From: Schmidtea polychroa
Taxonomy: Eukaryota
Reading direction: 5' to 3'
Length of the DNA: 64,000 nt
NCBI GenBank assembly: GCA_044892525.1
Contig: CM097886.1
Coordinates: forward strand, 82,398,001-82,462,000
Shown here: one piece after another, positions 27,585 through 39,100 of the stretch
Layout: each line of letters begins with the position of its first letter
Numbering within the stretch: the stretch's first letter is position 1
Position numbers and translations under genes: made by a program
Notes under the pieces: model-generated
The model's input: only the letters and a program-made list of their open reading frames with translations
Told to the model about the DNA's origin: nothing
The model's database searches: none

Positions 27585-28097
27585 AAGATGATAAATCATC
27601 AGAAGTGAATTCATCTCGCAAAACCCTAGCATATTATTTCCAAAGGACTATTGACGACTCACTTTCTGCAGTGGTAAAAAATCGCTTGCCATTCCAAATA
27701 TTTTGCACTTTATTTGATTTAAGAAGACTTCTTAAAGCTAAAAACTATGCGGTGCCGAAATCTGCAAATTCTATAAAAAACTTTGTAATGGAGTATGATG
27801 TTAAAATTAGCATTGAAATTCGTGGAAATATTTCAGACCAGATAAAAATTGGTGCTCCATTTAGTCTTACCTTAGATGAGTGAACTTCCATTAAAAATCG
27901 AAGATATATGAACATTAATGTTCATACAGCCGGAAACAAATTTTGGAATCTAGGTTTCACTCGGGCACATGCAATAACTCCGAATAAAATATTTTCATTA
28001 CTCAATTTAAATATTATTGTTATTCCTCATAATCACATAAGTTACATCCATTTTACCAATAAAAAATGTATACTGTATTTTATAAGGAATTATTAGC

Positions 28098-29465
28098 TAA
28101 AGCTGGATTTTGAACCCAAACCGAACCCGAACCTTGAACCCGCTCCGGTTCAACATTTTTCTTAAATATTGTGGACCCAAACCCAAACCTAAACTCAAAC
28201 AAAAATTTGGTTCAGATTCAATTTTTAATAGCTATTATTATCTATATAGATAATAAATAGAGATTGTGTAAAATTGTTATTCTCATAACTTTATAAAATT
28301 ACAATATAAATAAGACATTCATAACTATTTATGTGAATGGTATTTGCAAAATCTTGTACAAGTTCTTTGTAATAAATAAATTATAAATTATAAATAACAT
28401 AAACTATAAATAATTTATCTATATAGAAATTATAAACTATAGGGATACAGAAATTATAAATTTTTCTAGGGCGTGTGGTAATTAATTGTACCGTTGTGCG
28501 CGATTTATAAAAGAAACATTTATGGTAAGTATATAAATATAGTTTTATCAAAGATCAGTCTACATGTAGCAAGTGCTCTTTTGTTATGAAAGATAAGCAT
28601 GCTGCAAATCTAGGTCGCCATATCAAACGAAGACATCCTGATGAACATCGAACTATTACTGAAAGGATGAATTGTCAACCATCTACATCTGAAACCATTA
28701 AAAAACTTAAAACGGAAGATAAAAACTTAGTTTCCATTGAAAATTATTGTAATTTAATCAAAATTAAAATGCCATCAAAATGTTTCATTGATGCCTGCGT
28801 TAAATTAGTTACAGTTAATGGACGACCGTTTACAATTTTCAATGATTCTGGGAAGCGCGATATTATAGTACGATAATGAAGACACTCAAATTGACTGTAA
28901 ATTCAGAAAACATCATAGATCTAGTAAACAATAAAGCAAATGAAGTAAAAAATATAATTAAAACCTTTGATTGAAAGAAAATTAATATCCATAAAAATCG
29001 ACTCAGCATCCCGGCTTGGTAGAAAAGTAATTGGAATAAATGCACAGCATATTAGCAATGGAAAAATTAATTTGAGAACATTAGCAATGTATGAAGTTAA
29101 TGACCGGCAAATAGAAAATTACATTAAAAATGTAATAGTCGAAGTGATCGAATCTTATGGCATAAAATCAAATCAAATTTACTCAGCTACATCTGATGAT
29201 GGTAGAAATATGATTAAAGCGACAAAACTCTTAAGAAATGAATTTGAAGTTTCTGACCTTTTAAGAAGTGGAAGACAAGGAAGATGAATTGTTATGTGCG
29301 AACGAAGAAAGATTAGAACTCTTTTTTAGTTTATATTCTAATAACATTCACTTTAGGTGCATAGCTCATACTCTCCAATTGGCAGTTTATGACACAACAT
29401 CTGCAGTTTATCATAATATTACTAAATGCAGAGATTTTTCTAAGAAGCTAAGGGCGCCTAATTAA
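28098..29465 (+). pseudogene. Second hAT (Ac/ZBED-like) element: left end and degenerate transposase
   Basis: TAAAGCTG start with AACCCG repeats. BED finger (CSKC...NLGRHIKRRH), then SIKIDSASR, TSDDGRNMIKA and RCIAHTLQLAV, with frameshifts and stops. Confidence 0.75.
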
Positions 29466-30607
29466 TGTAATTTAGAAATAGAAACGCACAAAAAGTGGCT
29501 GCAAAAGGCTTAAATTATCACTAAATTGTTTTAATTATTTAATAATAATATAAATTAACCTAAATTATTTTAAATAAATAGAAGGTCAAATTATTGACCA
29601 GGGCCTAGAAAGTTTGCATTGCGTTTACAGCTTATTTGCGTGACAGAACAGTTTGTAAATTTACGTAGTAGTCAAATCTTGATAATCAAACGTATTGAGC
29701 CACACTGATTTGATGTATTTGTATGAAAGGAACGGATAGATCAACACAAAAATATAATAAGAGTTAAACGGTTAAAGAGTTAAAAGAAACACCAAAAGTC
29801 ACTTAGAATTAAACGAAACAATAAACACAATTTGTTATTCAATTGTTAGTTATCTTGAGAAAAGTTATTTGTGGTAAAATCGTATCCTTCAGTGAGGTAC
29901 AGTATTCGCAGGTATATTGAAACCTCGGAATAAAATTGTATTAAAATTTGAGAAAAATTTGATAGGAGCTAGACGCAGATAATGATCTGAGTACTGTGGT
30001 CGCGTTAAACTTTGGGAAACCCTCGTCTTCTATCTTTCACCTAATTCAGAGCTGAGGTGCCATTTAGACCGAGCTTTTGATAAATTTAATTCTGAGGACG
30101 GTTTGACATTAACGATTATCTTTGAGAATGTCTTTGAGAATAGCTGTCGCGATCCATTTTGGGTTGCTTAAAATCATATTTATATTTAACTATTGGTTTT
30201 GCAAATGTACAGTGTGTTGAATAAATACAATTTTAAAACATATTCTTTATCTACTTTTCAATTCAAATTACCTACACGCCAAAATTGTCAAAAATACCTT
30301 TTGGAGTCAGATATTTCAGTGTTAGGATGTTGATGGCAGACCTGACATAATGATGATAAAGTTTCAAATGGAATTTGAATCTGAAACATTTAATGATAAA
30401 ATCAAAATCAGGGAATTATATTGGATTTGAAAAAAATGAATGAGGGAAAGTAAAAGGTAAGGGAACAGAAAATCGATAACCAATTAGAGATTGGGTTTAG
30501 ATTTTGAAAGAAATTGATCAAGGACAAAATCTTTAATAAGAAGCAATATGAATAAAATAGTTTTGTTACAAAAAGCACGAAAGAGCACGAAAAACCACAA
30601 ATAGTTC

Positions 30608-30964
30608 AAATAGTTCACCTTTCGATTCGGTTCCGCTCTCTGATCCAATCTCTTTTAACACTCCTTGTCTAACTTTTCAGTTTTTCTTATAATCCTTTTC
30701 TTTTAATTTTTTCCTCTAACTCCTACTGTCAGTTTCTTCTTCCCTACCTAAGGCTATCGCCGATTATGTGAATTTTGATTGTCCTTATATACTCCCATAA
30801 TCGGTGTAATTGTCCAATTTTTGACATAATTGGTTTTGACTTCTTTCGTTTTCATTCCCTAATTAGCTATTTCTGTTGACCCTCTTCGTAATTCCCCTTC
30901 TTTTGTTTACCCTTGTTTATTAGGCTCATTGGATTATTGCCCTCTGAATTCCTCGTTTGTTTAC
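30608..30964 (+). mobile_element. 5' part of an LTR-like unit interrupted by the Polinton-like element (continues at 40592-40994)
   Basis: Colinear with the 41-45 kb tandem unit up to ...cctcgtttGTTTAC. The remainder resumes exactly at GTTTACccttcc (40592). Confidence 0.85.
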
Positions 30965-31069
30965 AGTAGGTAGTTAGGAGCCCGCTGGAACAATTACCCC
31001 CCCCCCTGGGGGGGATAAACTGTTCCAACTCACATTTTTTGCTTTCAGGGATTTTTGGTCCAAATTTTT

Positions 31070-31680
31070 TTTTATCAGACTATAGTGAGGTGGGTCTCCT
31101 TGGTCCTGGGATTTTCAATACAAAATTTTTTTTTCAATACAAAAAGGCGGTCTTCAATAAAAAAGCCAGGGATTATTCACACTATAGTGAGGTGGGTCTC
31201 CTTGGTCCTGAGAATTTCAATAGAAAAAGGCGGTCTTCAATAAAAAAGCATGGGATTTTCAGACTATAGTGAGGGGTCTCGATTGATCCTGGGATTTTCA
31301 ATACAAAATTTTTTTTTCAATACAAAAAGGCGGTCTCAATAAAAAAGCATTGTAATTTAAGGTCTCAGGATATTTTCAATACAAAAAGCTGGTCTACACT
31401 AAAAAAGAGTGGTAATTTAAGGTCTCAGGATATTTTCAATACAAAAAGACGGTCTTCAATAAAAAAAGAGTGGTAATTTAAGGTCTCAGGATAGTTTCAA
31501 TACAAAAAGGTGGTCTACACTAAAAAACAGTGGTAATTTAAGGTCTTAGGATATTTTCAATACAAAAATCCGACTATCACTAAAAAAGCATGGAATTTTC
31601 TAGGTCAATTCAGGTGGGTCTTCTTGGTCCTGAGAATTTCAATAGAAAAAGGTGGTCTACACTAAAAAAGCGTGGTAAAT
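31070..31680. repeat. Tandem ~60-61-bp and related longer repeats inside the left TIR (mirrored at ~39860-40460)
   Basis: aatttaaggtctcaggatattttcaatacaaaaag recurs at ~31354, 31414, 31475 and 31536. Related actatagtgaggtgggtctc units lie upstream. Confidence 0.9.
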
Positions 31681-32093
31681 TTTTTAAAATAAAGCAAATT
31701 ATGGGTCTAAAAATTGAATTACAGTAAATTATGGGCTAAGATTTTAAAATTAAAGTAAATTAAGGTTCATATTTTTGAATTAAAGTAATTATAGGCTCAA
31801 ATTTTCGAATTAAAGTTATCAATGGGCTCAAGTAAGTTAATTAAGGTTCAAATTTTTAAATTAAAGTAAATAATGGTTCAAATTTTTAATTAAAGTAAAT
31901 CAAGGTCCAAAATTTTAAATTAAAGCAATGAATGGGCTCAAATAACTAAATTAAGGTTCTAAACAAAGTTAATTAAGGTCTAAATTTTAAAATTAAGTAA
32001 TCAATGGTAAAAAAATTTTAAATTAAAGTAATAATTTTTAAATAAGTAAATTAAAGTAATGTAATAAGTAAATTAAAGTAAGAAAGTAATAAG

Positions 32094-32423
32094 AAATATC
32101 ATAAAAATTTAATTAATGGACAAGAAAAAATTCTAATCATTAATCATCCAGTAAATTTTAAAAAAAATACTGATAATTCAAGTTGAATCAACTAAGATAA
32201 TAAATTAATAAGATAAAATCTAGTAGATAATTGATTTAGATTGAATAAATTAATTTTATTTCAATTAATTTATTCAATCTAAATCAATTATCTACTAGAT
32301 CTTATCTTATTAATTTATTATCTTAGTTGATTCAACTTAAATTATCAGTATTTTTTTTAAATTTACTGGATGATTAATGATTAGAATTTTTTCATGTCCA
32401 TTAATTAAATTTTTATGATATTT
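32094..32423. repeat. ~330-bp near-perfect palindrome just inside the left TIR
   Basis: Arms ~32094-32255 and 32263-32423 are reverse complements with a few mismatches. Loop TTATTTC. Confidence 0.9.
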
Positions 32424-33812
32424 ATTTTGAATAATTTAAATTTTTACAATTATTTAATCAATTTTTACCAAGTTATTGATGCCTTGAATTCAATTAATTT
32501 TTTCATCCAATTTTTCAAGTGAAGAGTATTTACTTTTAAAGATCAATTTGTTAATACAATGTTGTTGGTTGTTAGTAGTTGGTAGTTGATATCTGATTGA
32601 CTTTTTTAGATTTTGATAAGAAGATAGTGTATGCGATGAAGAATGTTTTGTATTTAATTGCTATTATTTTTATGTGTGGTTAGTTGATTGTTGGTACTAA
32701 GTTGTTGGTATCTTGTATCTGGTAGTTGGTACAGTGTTGTTAATTTCTCGATGGGTTTTGATGGTGGTTGTTAGTAACTAGTTGTAGGTATCTGGTTGTA
32801 AGTGTTTAGTATTTAGTTGTTTGAAACCTAGTTGTTAGTACATGGTAACCAGTTAATGGGTAGGTGAAGGGATTGAGAGTTACCAATATTGCAAGTGAAG
32901 AGGATTTTCTTTTAAAGATCTATTTGTTAGTACTTGATTGTTGATTGTTAGTACATGTTCGTAAGTTACTGGTTGATGATACTATGTTGTTGGTATCTTA
33001 TATTTGGTAGTTGGTACAGTGTTGTTTACTGATTGTTGTTATATAGTTGTAGGTTGATAATGCTTAGTACCTGGTTGATGGTGGTTGTTAGTACTTGGTA
33101 GGTTGTAGCTAGTTGTTAGTACTTAGTAGCTAGTTAATGGATTGGTGGGGGTTGAGTGCGACCAATACCCTAACGACTAATACCCTTACGACCAGTACCC
33201 TTAGGGAGTCAAAACATCCTGTCGGATAAACCCAGAGTATATATAATTGTTGCGGGTGGTTACTCGGATGACCCCTTTTAGTGCAGTTTTCAGTCTAGAA
33301 GGATGAATGCCCACATCGATTTCGCTCGTCCTTCGTTTTGTCATCGCCGAGCAGGACCCGCACATAACCTACATTCCAACATAGCACCCGTGAATTGCTT
33401 CACGTTGGAACTGTGCTATGCCGGCGAGACGCCAGTAAGCAGGTGAGCCAGCTCCTTCGGACTACTCCTTACTGAGGCCTCGACTTCCCAACCCTGACTG
33501 CCGATAGAAGGACTTACGTCTAATCATTCCATCGCCCATCGCAAGGTTCCTAGCTGGGGTTGCCAACTGACTAATGCTCCTCATTTTCTACGACTCTCAA
33601 TGTTATTCACCAGTTTTAGATCGACTATTTTAAGATAAACAAAAAAACACATATATAGACGAAAATGGTTTATTGTCAGAATTATTATACAAGTACATCG
33701 AACACATATATATATCAAAATTCCTAAGAATAGGGAAAACACAAGGGTAAGCAATGATGTCAGAAGATGTCCAGGTCTCTCTAGAAGATGAGGCCAGTTT
33801 ACGGAGCAATTC

Positions 33813-34592
33813 TCATTTTTCCCACTCCGAGTCGGCGAGTAACTCGTTTAAATCAAAGAATTCGGCGGCGTTTTCTTCCCATGTTACCCCGGCGGCGGAG
33901 ATGACTCGCCCTGGGATTCCGGTCGTTAGATCGACTACTATTGGATTGCTGTTGCCGTCGACTGGGGTGACGGTTGATGGCAGAATCCGTTTGGTGGAAG
34001 CCCGCTCTCGTTGCTTTCGTTTTCGTTCGGCTCGCGACAGTTGCCGACGTTTAGGTTTTGAAGCTGTTGAGGTTTGCACCATTGAGGACGAAGCGGTGTT
34101 TGGCTGCACTTTATTAGTTCCGGTGAGTACAATGTCTGGACCGCTGGGAGAGAGCTCGGTCTCCACGCACCCATGGCAGGACTTCCCGAGTGGAGATGAA
34201 GGCCCGCCCGAGATCTCGTGGTGCGCTGGAAAAAGATTACTGGCTTCATTAATTGGGATCTTCGCGATTCTCCTAGTGGTTGCTGCTTTGACGTATAACT
34301 TGTGCAGCGCCTCCGACTGCTCCTTTATTAGACTTCTCTGCGCCCGACTTTCGGAAATTAGCGCATCTCGACAGTGCTCGCTGCGGTGCAGCTTCTTCTG
34401 AGCCTCTTTCATCTGGGTAGGACTAAACCATGTCCCCTCTAACTCGTCTATTTTTCTTTTGTACTTTCCGATTTGGGCCTGCAGATCCTTGATGATTGAA
34501 TTCTTGTCGGAACAAGAGAAACAAGGTCTGAGAATGGTCTTGGAATTGGGTAACATTTTGGGTGACTGCAAGAAAAGATGGAAATGAACCAT
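33813..34592 (-). CDS. Orphan protein (CxxC + coiled coil + basic tract + acidic tail), 259-aa ORF, probably the last exon of a spliced gene
   Basis: Only long ORF in the element, and more GC-rich than its surroundings. Diverged homologue at 50335-50690. A pyrimidine tract plus CAG lies just upstream of the conserved region in both copies. Confidence 0.65.
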   Translation of the reverse strand: MVHFHLFLQSPKMLPNSKTILRPCFSCSDKNSIIKDLQAQIGKYKRKIDELEGTWFSPTQMKEAQKKLHRSEHCRDALISESRAQRSLIKEQSEALHKLYVKAATTRRIAKIPINEASNLFPAHHEISGGPSSPLGKSCHGCVETELSPSGPDIVLTGTNKVQPNTASSSMVQTSTASKPKRRQLSRAERKRKQRERASTKRILPSTVTPVDGNSNPIVVDLTTGIPGRVISAAGVTWEENAAEFFDLNELLADSEWEK

Positions 34593-36483
34593 AAATCAAA
34601 TCAATTAGAAGGTCGTCGTCTGGTCACATTTATATTTTACTGATCATAGTTGGTTTCATAGACATGAACGGGTGTATCAGCCAAAGAAATTATACTGCGC
34701 TATGTGTCCTCGTTCCCTTTGGGTCATTAATTGTAAGAAAATAAATCAGTCAAGCGCGATTTTGCACAAGTAAGGAGAGGTATTACTACTGGTGAGAGGA
34801 ATTCTAGGTCGAGGAAACTACGGTTATCTAAATCGCTTGAAGTTAGTAATTAACGTTTGAAGAGAGTTGAATTACATTGCCGACTTTTCCTAACGAATAG
34901 TTTCGATGAATGTATCCTGTACGTAGGTCGATGAATTTTAGATTAATTATTTAGGGTGAATAGAAGTCCATAAATTATTCTTAATTAGTTCATTTATGAT
35001 GTACGGGAAGACATTATAAAAACAATTTTTAATTATTTATTTATGATAGGCGACAAATTATTCAACATGAGATAATAACTAAATTAATCCTACTAAGTAG
35101 ACAAAATCAGTCTGACAGTTGGCTATTAGTTCCGACCAGTGGGAATCTAATGACTGCGAGTGAATTCATTTGATAACCCGAAAATTCCAACTGACACGTC
35201 CGGTCGGGTTTGTCATGAGTACATGTCGGCGTGAATCTACACACCGTGATTAGCTACTGTAGTGTGTCTGAAAACGGGTGACGCATGCAAGTTTTTATTT
35301 CTCATACTTAATCCCACTCCTAATCACTAACTGGTGCCCTCAACTGTTTACCTACTGGCATGTTCTCTGGCTACTATCTCGATCAACTCACTGCACAGAT
35401 GCTCCGATTTCCCTACTCATGATGATGTCATACTAATTCTCACGGAAATGCTGGAAAAATTATGATTCTCGGTATTGCAAGAGTTGGGTATAATTTGCCC
35501 CCCAGGGGGGAACTGCCTAACTCCTCAATTGCGGTGTATTGATCCGTTCCGGATATTTTGGAGGTTTCCTACCTATCCTCGCTGGATTTTCAACTCCATG
35601 AAACACGGTAATTTATGTTTACTAGGTAAGGATTATCATGTTAGAGTGGTTTGTAGAAAAGAAAAATATATTTTTTGACTCGATTTGATTGCGTTTTACT
35701 CTTGAGATTATTTGGCACTAAACAGTTTATGTAATTAGAAAAATTTGTGGAAGTTAATCCCTTTATATAATTCTAAAAGCAATTGAAGCAAATCATTTTT
35801 TGCAATTCAAAAATAGTTGAAGTAACCCGTTTTACGTAATTCGAAATTTTATGCGAGACAACTTGTTCATGGAATTCTAACGCTCATCCGAGACTACTTA
35901 TTTTCTGTAATCCCCTGCAACTACATCTTTGAGAGAACACGTAGACGAGGAAACAATAGCACGGAAGGCCATAAAACACAGCAGGTATAAATTTCGAGTG
36001 AAACGTACGAATATCGAAGATATGTCACCTATAGCATTTGAACGACTCTCGATGAGCAACCTGCATAGAGCTTTAGAACGATAGAGGAAATTAGAACTTA
36101 GTAGAAACGATAATCTTGAGACGATAGTGTGACTCCCTCAATCACTGCGCGAATACATAAAAACTCTCTGATCGTTTCTTCCTACATCTGTTTTCCATTG
36201 CTATACGACTTTCAATTTTCTGGCAACATTTTCCTATGGAATTTAGTCGCACCTTCAGCGACGGACCCGTGAGGAAGCCCCCACATTACGGCCCGAATCA
36301 GCTGCGTGATTGAAATACTCTAGGCCCACCGGTGGAGCTCCCGAGGGCACCTCACACCATGACACTAGAGTATCCAACGCCACGTTTCTCGAAAATTTGA
36401 ATGGCATTAAATAATAACTCATTAAAACAGTTCATAAAAGTCAATAATTCCTAGAAATCAATCATGCATAGCAAATCATTTAT

Positions 36484-37254
36484 TGTTAAATACTAAATCG
36501 TTAAATTACACCAAGTATTCGGAATCAAACGAAAAGAAAACAAGTTCTTTAAATTAAAATTATAATTAAATCATACGCATAACTATTACTTTAAAATTCA
36601 AATTATGAAATCAAAAGATCCTTACCGAGTGTTTAATAGAGGTATAGGCTGAGTCGAAAAGGGGTACTGTGTCGAAGTAATAAATGTTCGAAATTATCTA
36701 GATTCGGCTGAAATTTCTTGGATTTCCGGAATAGTCCTCGTGAGTTGCTGTGGATTGATTGTTTAATTGCGGTTTCGTCGTAGAATGGATCTATTGAGGT
36801 GGTTAGATTAACTGTCGATTATTTTAAACTTTACTTACCTATTGAGGTGGTTAGATTAACTGTAATTATTATGATTTTAATACCTGCTTATATATTAATT
36901 TTTTGTTTGCGCGGACCAATCAGAATTGAGTACCGCTTAATTTTATTAATTTAATTTATTTTCCTTGTTTTAGAGTTATTTCTTCTTATTTTCTTTATTA
37001 AAATTATGTTTTTTATTTATTTTCCTTAATTTTCCTTATTATTTATTATATTTTGCGTTATTTTCTGTCATTCTAATGTCCTATTTCAATTTTTCTTATT
37101 TTTATATTTTTTTCTTGTTTTAATTCTTATTTCTAATTATTGTTTTTCTTATGTTCTATTCTATTTTATTCGTCAATCTATTTATTTTATTTCTTATTTT
37201 TACTTTAGTTAAATTCGACCTAATTTCCCAGCTACCCTTCGATTCAGCCCAACA
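36484..37254 (-). mobile_element. Possible solo LTR inside the Polinton-like element
   Basis: Bounded by TGTT...CCCAACA (the reverse complement of the TGTTGGG LTR start seen elsewhere). Flanks TTAT/TAAT are not a perfect TSD. Confidence 0.3.
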
Positions 37255-37559
37255 TAATAAAACTGATCAACAATAAGTATTTATTGAATACGATTTTTAC
37301 ATTGCAATAATAAGTCAGTAGTAATCAATTAAAAGAAGAATGTTTTGTAAATTAGAATTCATTAGTCTTTCATTGTAATTTAAATTATCCTGAATTCCAC
37401 GTGTTGTTTTAAAGTGGTTGAGTTGTGTTTTTTTGATGAAAATCAACATTTTTGTTAAATTTAGACATTTTGAAAAGGTTTTTCTACTGATTTTAATTAA
37501 ACATATTTTTGAAGACAGATAAAAAATTAATTTAAAAAACATTTTATAAAATACAATGA

Positions 37560-39100
37560 AGAATATTTAGTAGGTTTTTGTAGGTATCTAGTTGTTTGAG
37601 AGTTAGTTAGTACGTGGTATCATGTTGAAAGTATTTGGTACTTATTTGTTAGCACCTAGTTAAAAATATTTAGTAACCGATTGTTGGTAACTGTTGAATT
37701 ATTATTATTATTATTATTATTCCATTAAAATTTTCATAAATATTTTTCATTAAAAATTAACTTAAAAAATTTTACATTTAAAATTAACCTAAAAAAACTT
37801 CCATTTAAATTTTCATTAAAAATTACATTTCTCAAAAAAGTTGGTGGTTATTCAATCTTTTGATAATAAATTTAAAAATCTTACTTTAATTTACTTATTT
37901 AGCTTTAATTTAAAATTTGAACCATTGGTTAATTAATTTTAAATTTTGAACCTTAATTTTCCTTAATTTATCCTTAATTTACCTAATTATTCTTTATTTC
38001 TTAATTTTACACCATAATTTACTTAAGAACTAAATGTAATCCTTATTTTCATATTTAACCAATAATTTCATGTGGTCATTGATTAATTGACGAAGATTTG
38101 CATCTAAAATTAACATTGAAAATCCCAGAAAAACTTTCATCTTAAATTGACTTTAATATTTTAGATCATTGATTAGTTAATTTAAAAATTAAACATTAAT
38201 TTACCTATTTAACAAATAATTTCATGTGGTCACCTGGTTGTAAGTGTTTGGTATCTAGTTGACAGTGCTTAGTACTTGGTATCTAGTTGTTAGTACTTGG
38301 TTGATAATGCTTAGTTGCTGGTTGTTGTCGGTTGTGAGTAGTTGGTATCTGGTAGTTAGTTGTTAGCTGGTTGTAACTAGTTAATGGGTAGGTGGTTGTA
38401 GGTACTTGGTAGCAGGTAACTGATTGTTAGTATCTAGTTGTAGGTATCTGGTTGATGTTGGTTGTATTTACTTGGTATCTGGTACCTAGTTGGTTGGTTG
38501 TTTTTGGTTGTTAGTATCTAGTTGCAGGTACTTGGTAGTTGGTTAATAATGCTTAGTACTTGGTTGTTGTTGGTTGTATGTACTTGGTAGGTAGTTGTAG
38601 GTACTTGGTAATTAATGCTTAGTACCTGGTTGTTGTTGGTTGTTAGTACTTGGTAGGTGGTTGCTAGTTGTTAGCTGGTTGTAGCTAGTTAATGGGTAGG
38701 TGGTTGTAGGTACTTGGTATCTAGTTGTTAGTATCTAGTTGTGGGTATCTGGTTGATGTTGGTTGTAAGTAGTTGGTAGGTGGTTGTCGGTACTTAGTAG
38801 TTGGTAATTAATGCTTAGTACCTGGTTGATGTTGGTTGTAGGTACTTGGTAGTTGGTTGTTGTGGGTTGTAAGTAGTTGGTAGGTTGTAGCTAGTTGTTA
38901 GTTGGTTTTTTTTAGTTGTTAGTACTTGGTAGGTGGTTGTAGGTACTTGGTTGATAATGCTTAGTAGCTGGTTGTTGTCGGTTGTGAGTAGTTGGTATCA
39001 GGTTGTTAGTAACTAGTTGTAGGTATCTGGATGTAAATACATGTTCGTAAGTTACTGGTTGTTGGTACTAAGTTGTTGGTTTGTTGTTGAATTATTATTA
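37560..39100. repeat. GT-rich degenerate short-period repeats (gttgttagtacttggta-like); also at 32530-33160
   Basis: Strongly C-poor on the plus strand. Duplicated together with the following AT-rich block (37690-38000 vs 39085-39500). Confidence 0.85.

Larger units (their letters stand above)
23984..27985 (+). mobile_element. hAT (Ac/hATm-like) element whose transposase gene is split by a Gypsy insertion
   Basis: TGGGATG start with ACCGG subterminal repeats. BED finger at 24480-24610 (AKCNNC...GGSTSGLHAYLKSQH). After removing 24671-27589 the frame continues SSHQDDKSSE...FSLTLDE*TSIKNRRYMNINVH...FWNLG. Right end not found. Confidence 0.75.

Noticed and set aside
10800-27885. TGA at conserved Trp positions in three places (WD40 relic ~10807, hAT BED finger ~24489, hAT DE*TS ~27881), suggesting a UGA=Trp nuclear code
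   Set aside because: All three are in sequences that also carry frameshifts or other stops. Intact genes use TGG for Trp, and transporter paralogue 2 ends at TGA. TGG>TGA is the expected decay in an AT-biased genome.
30011-30023. TTTGGGAAACCCT matching the right TIR of the 2076-5003 hAT
   Set aside because: No partner TIR, TSD or transposase nearby. It may be an orphan end, but 13 bp is insufficient evidence.
31039-31269. ORFs 31039-31269 and 31055-31243 and their mirror images at 40263-40493 and 40289-40477
   Set aside because: Translations of TIR tandem repeats with non-ATG starts and no protein features.
31070-31680. Regularly spaced ~60-bp repeats resembling a CRISPR array
   Set aside because: There are no unique spacers and no cas genes, the context is eukaryotic, and the array is mirrored in the opposite TIR. 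It is a tandem repeat.
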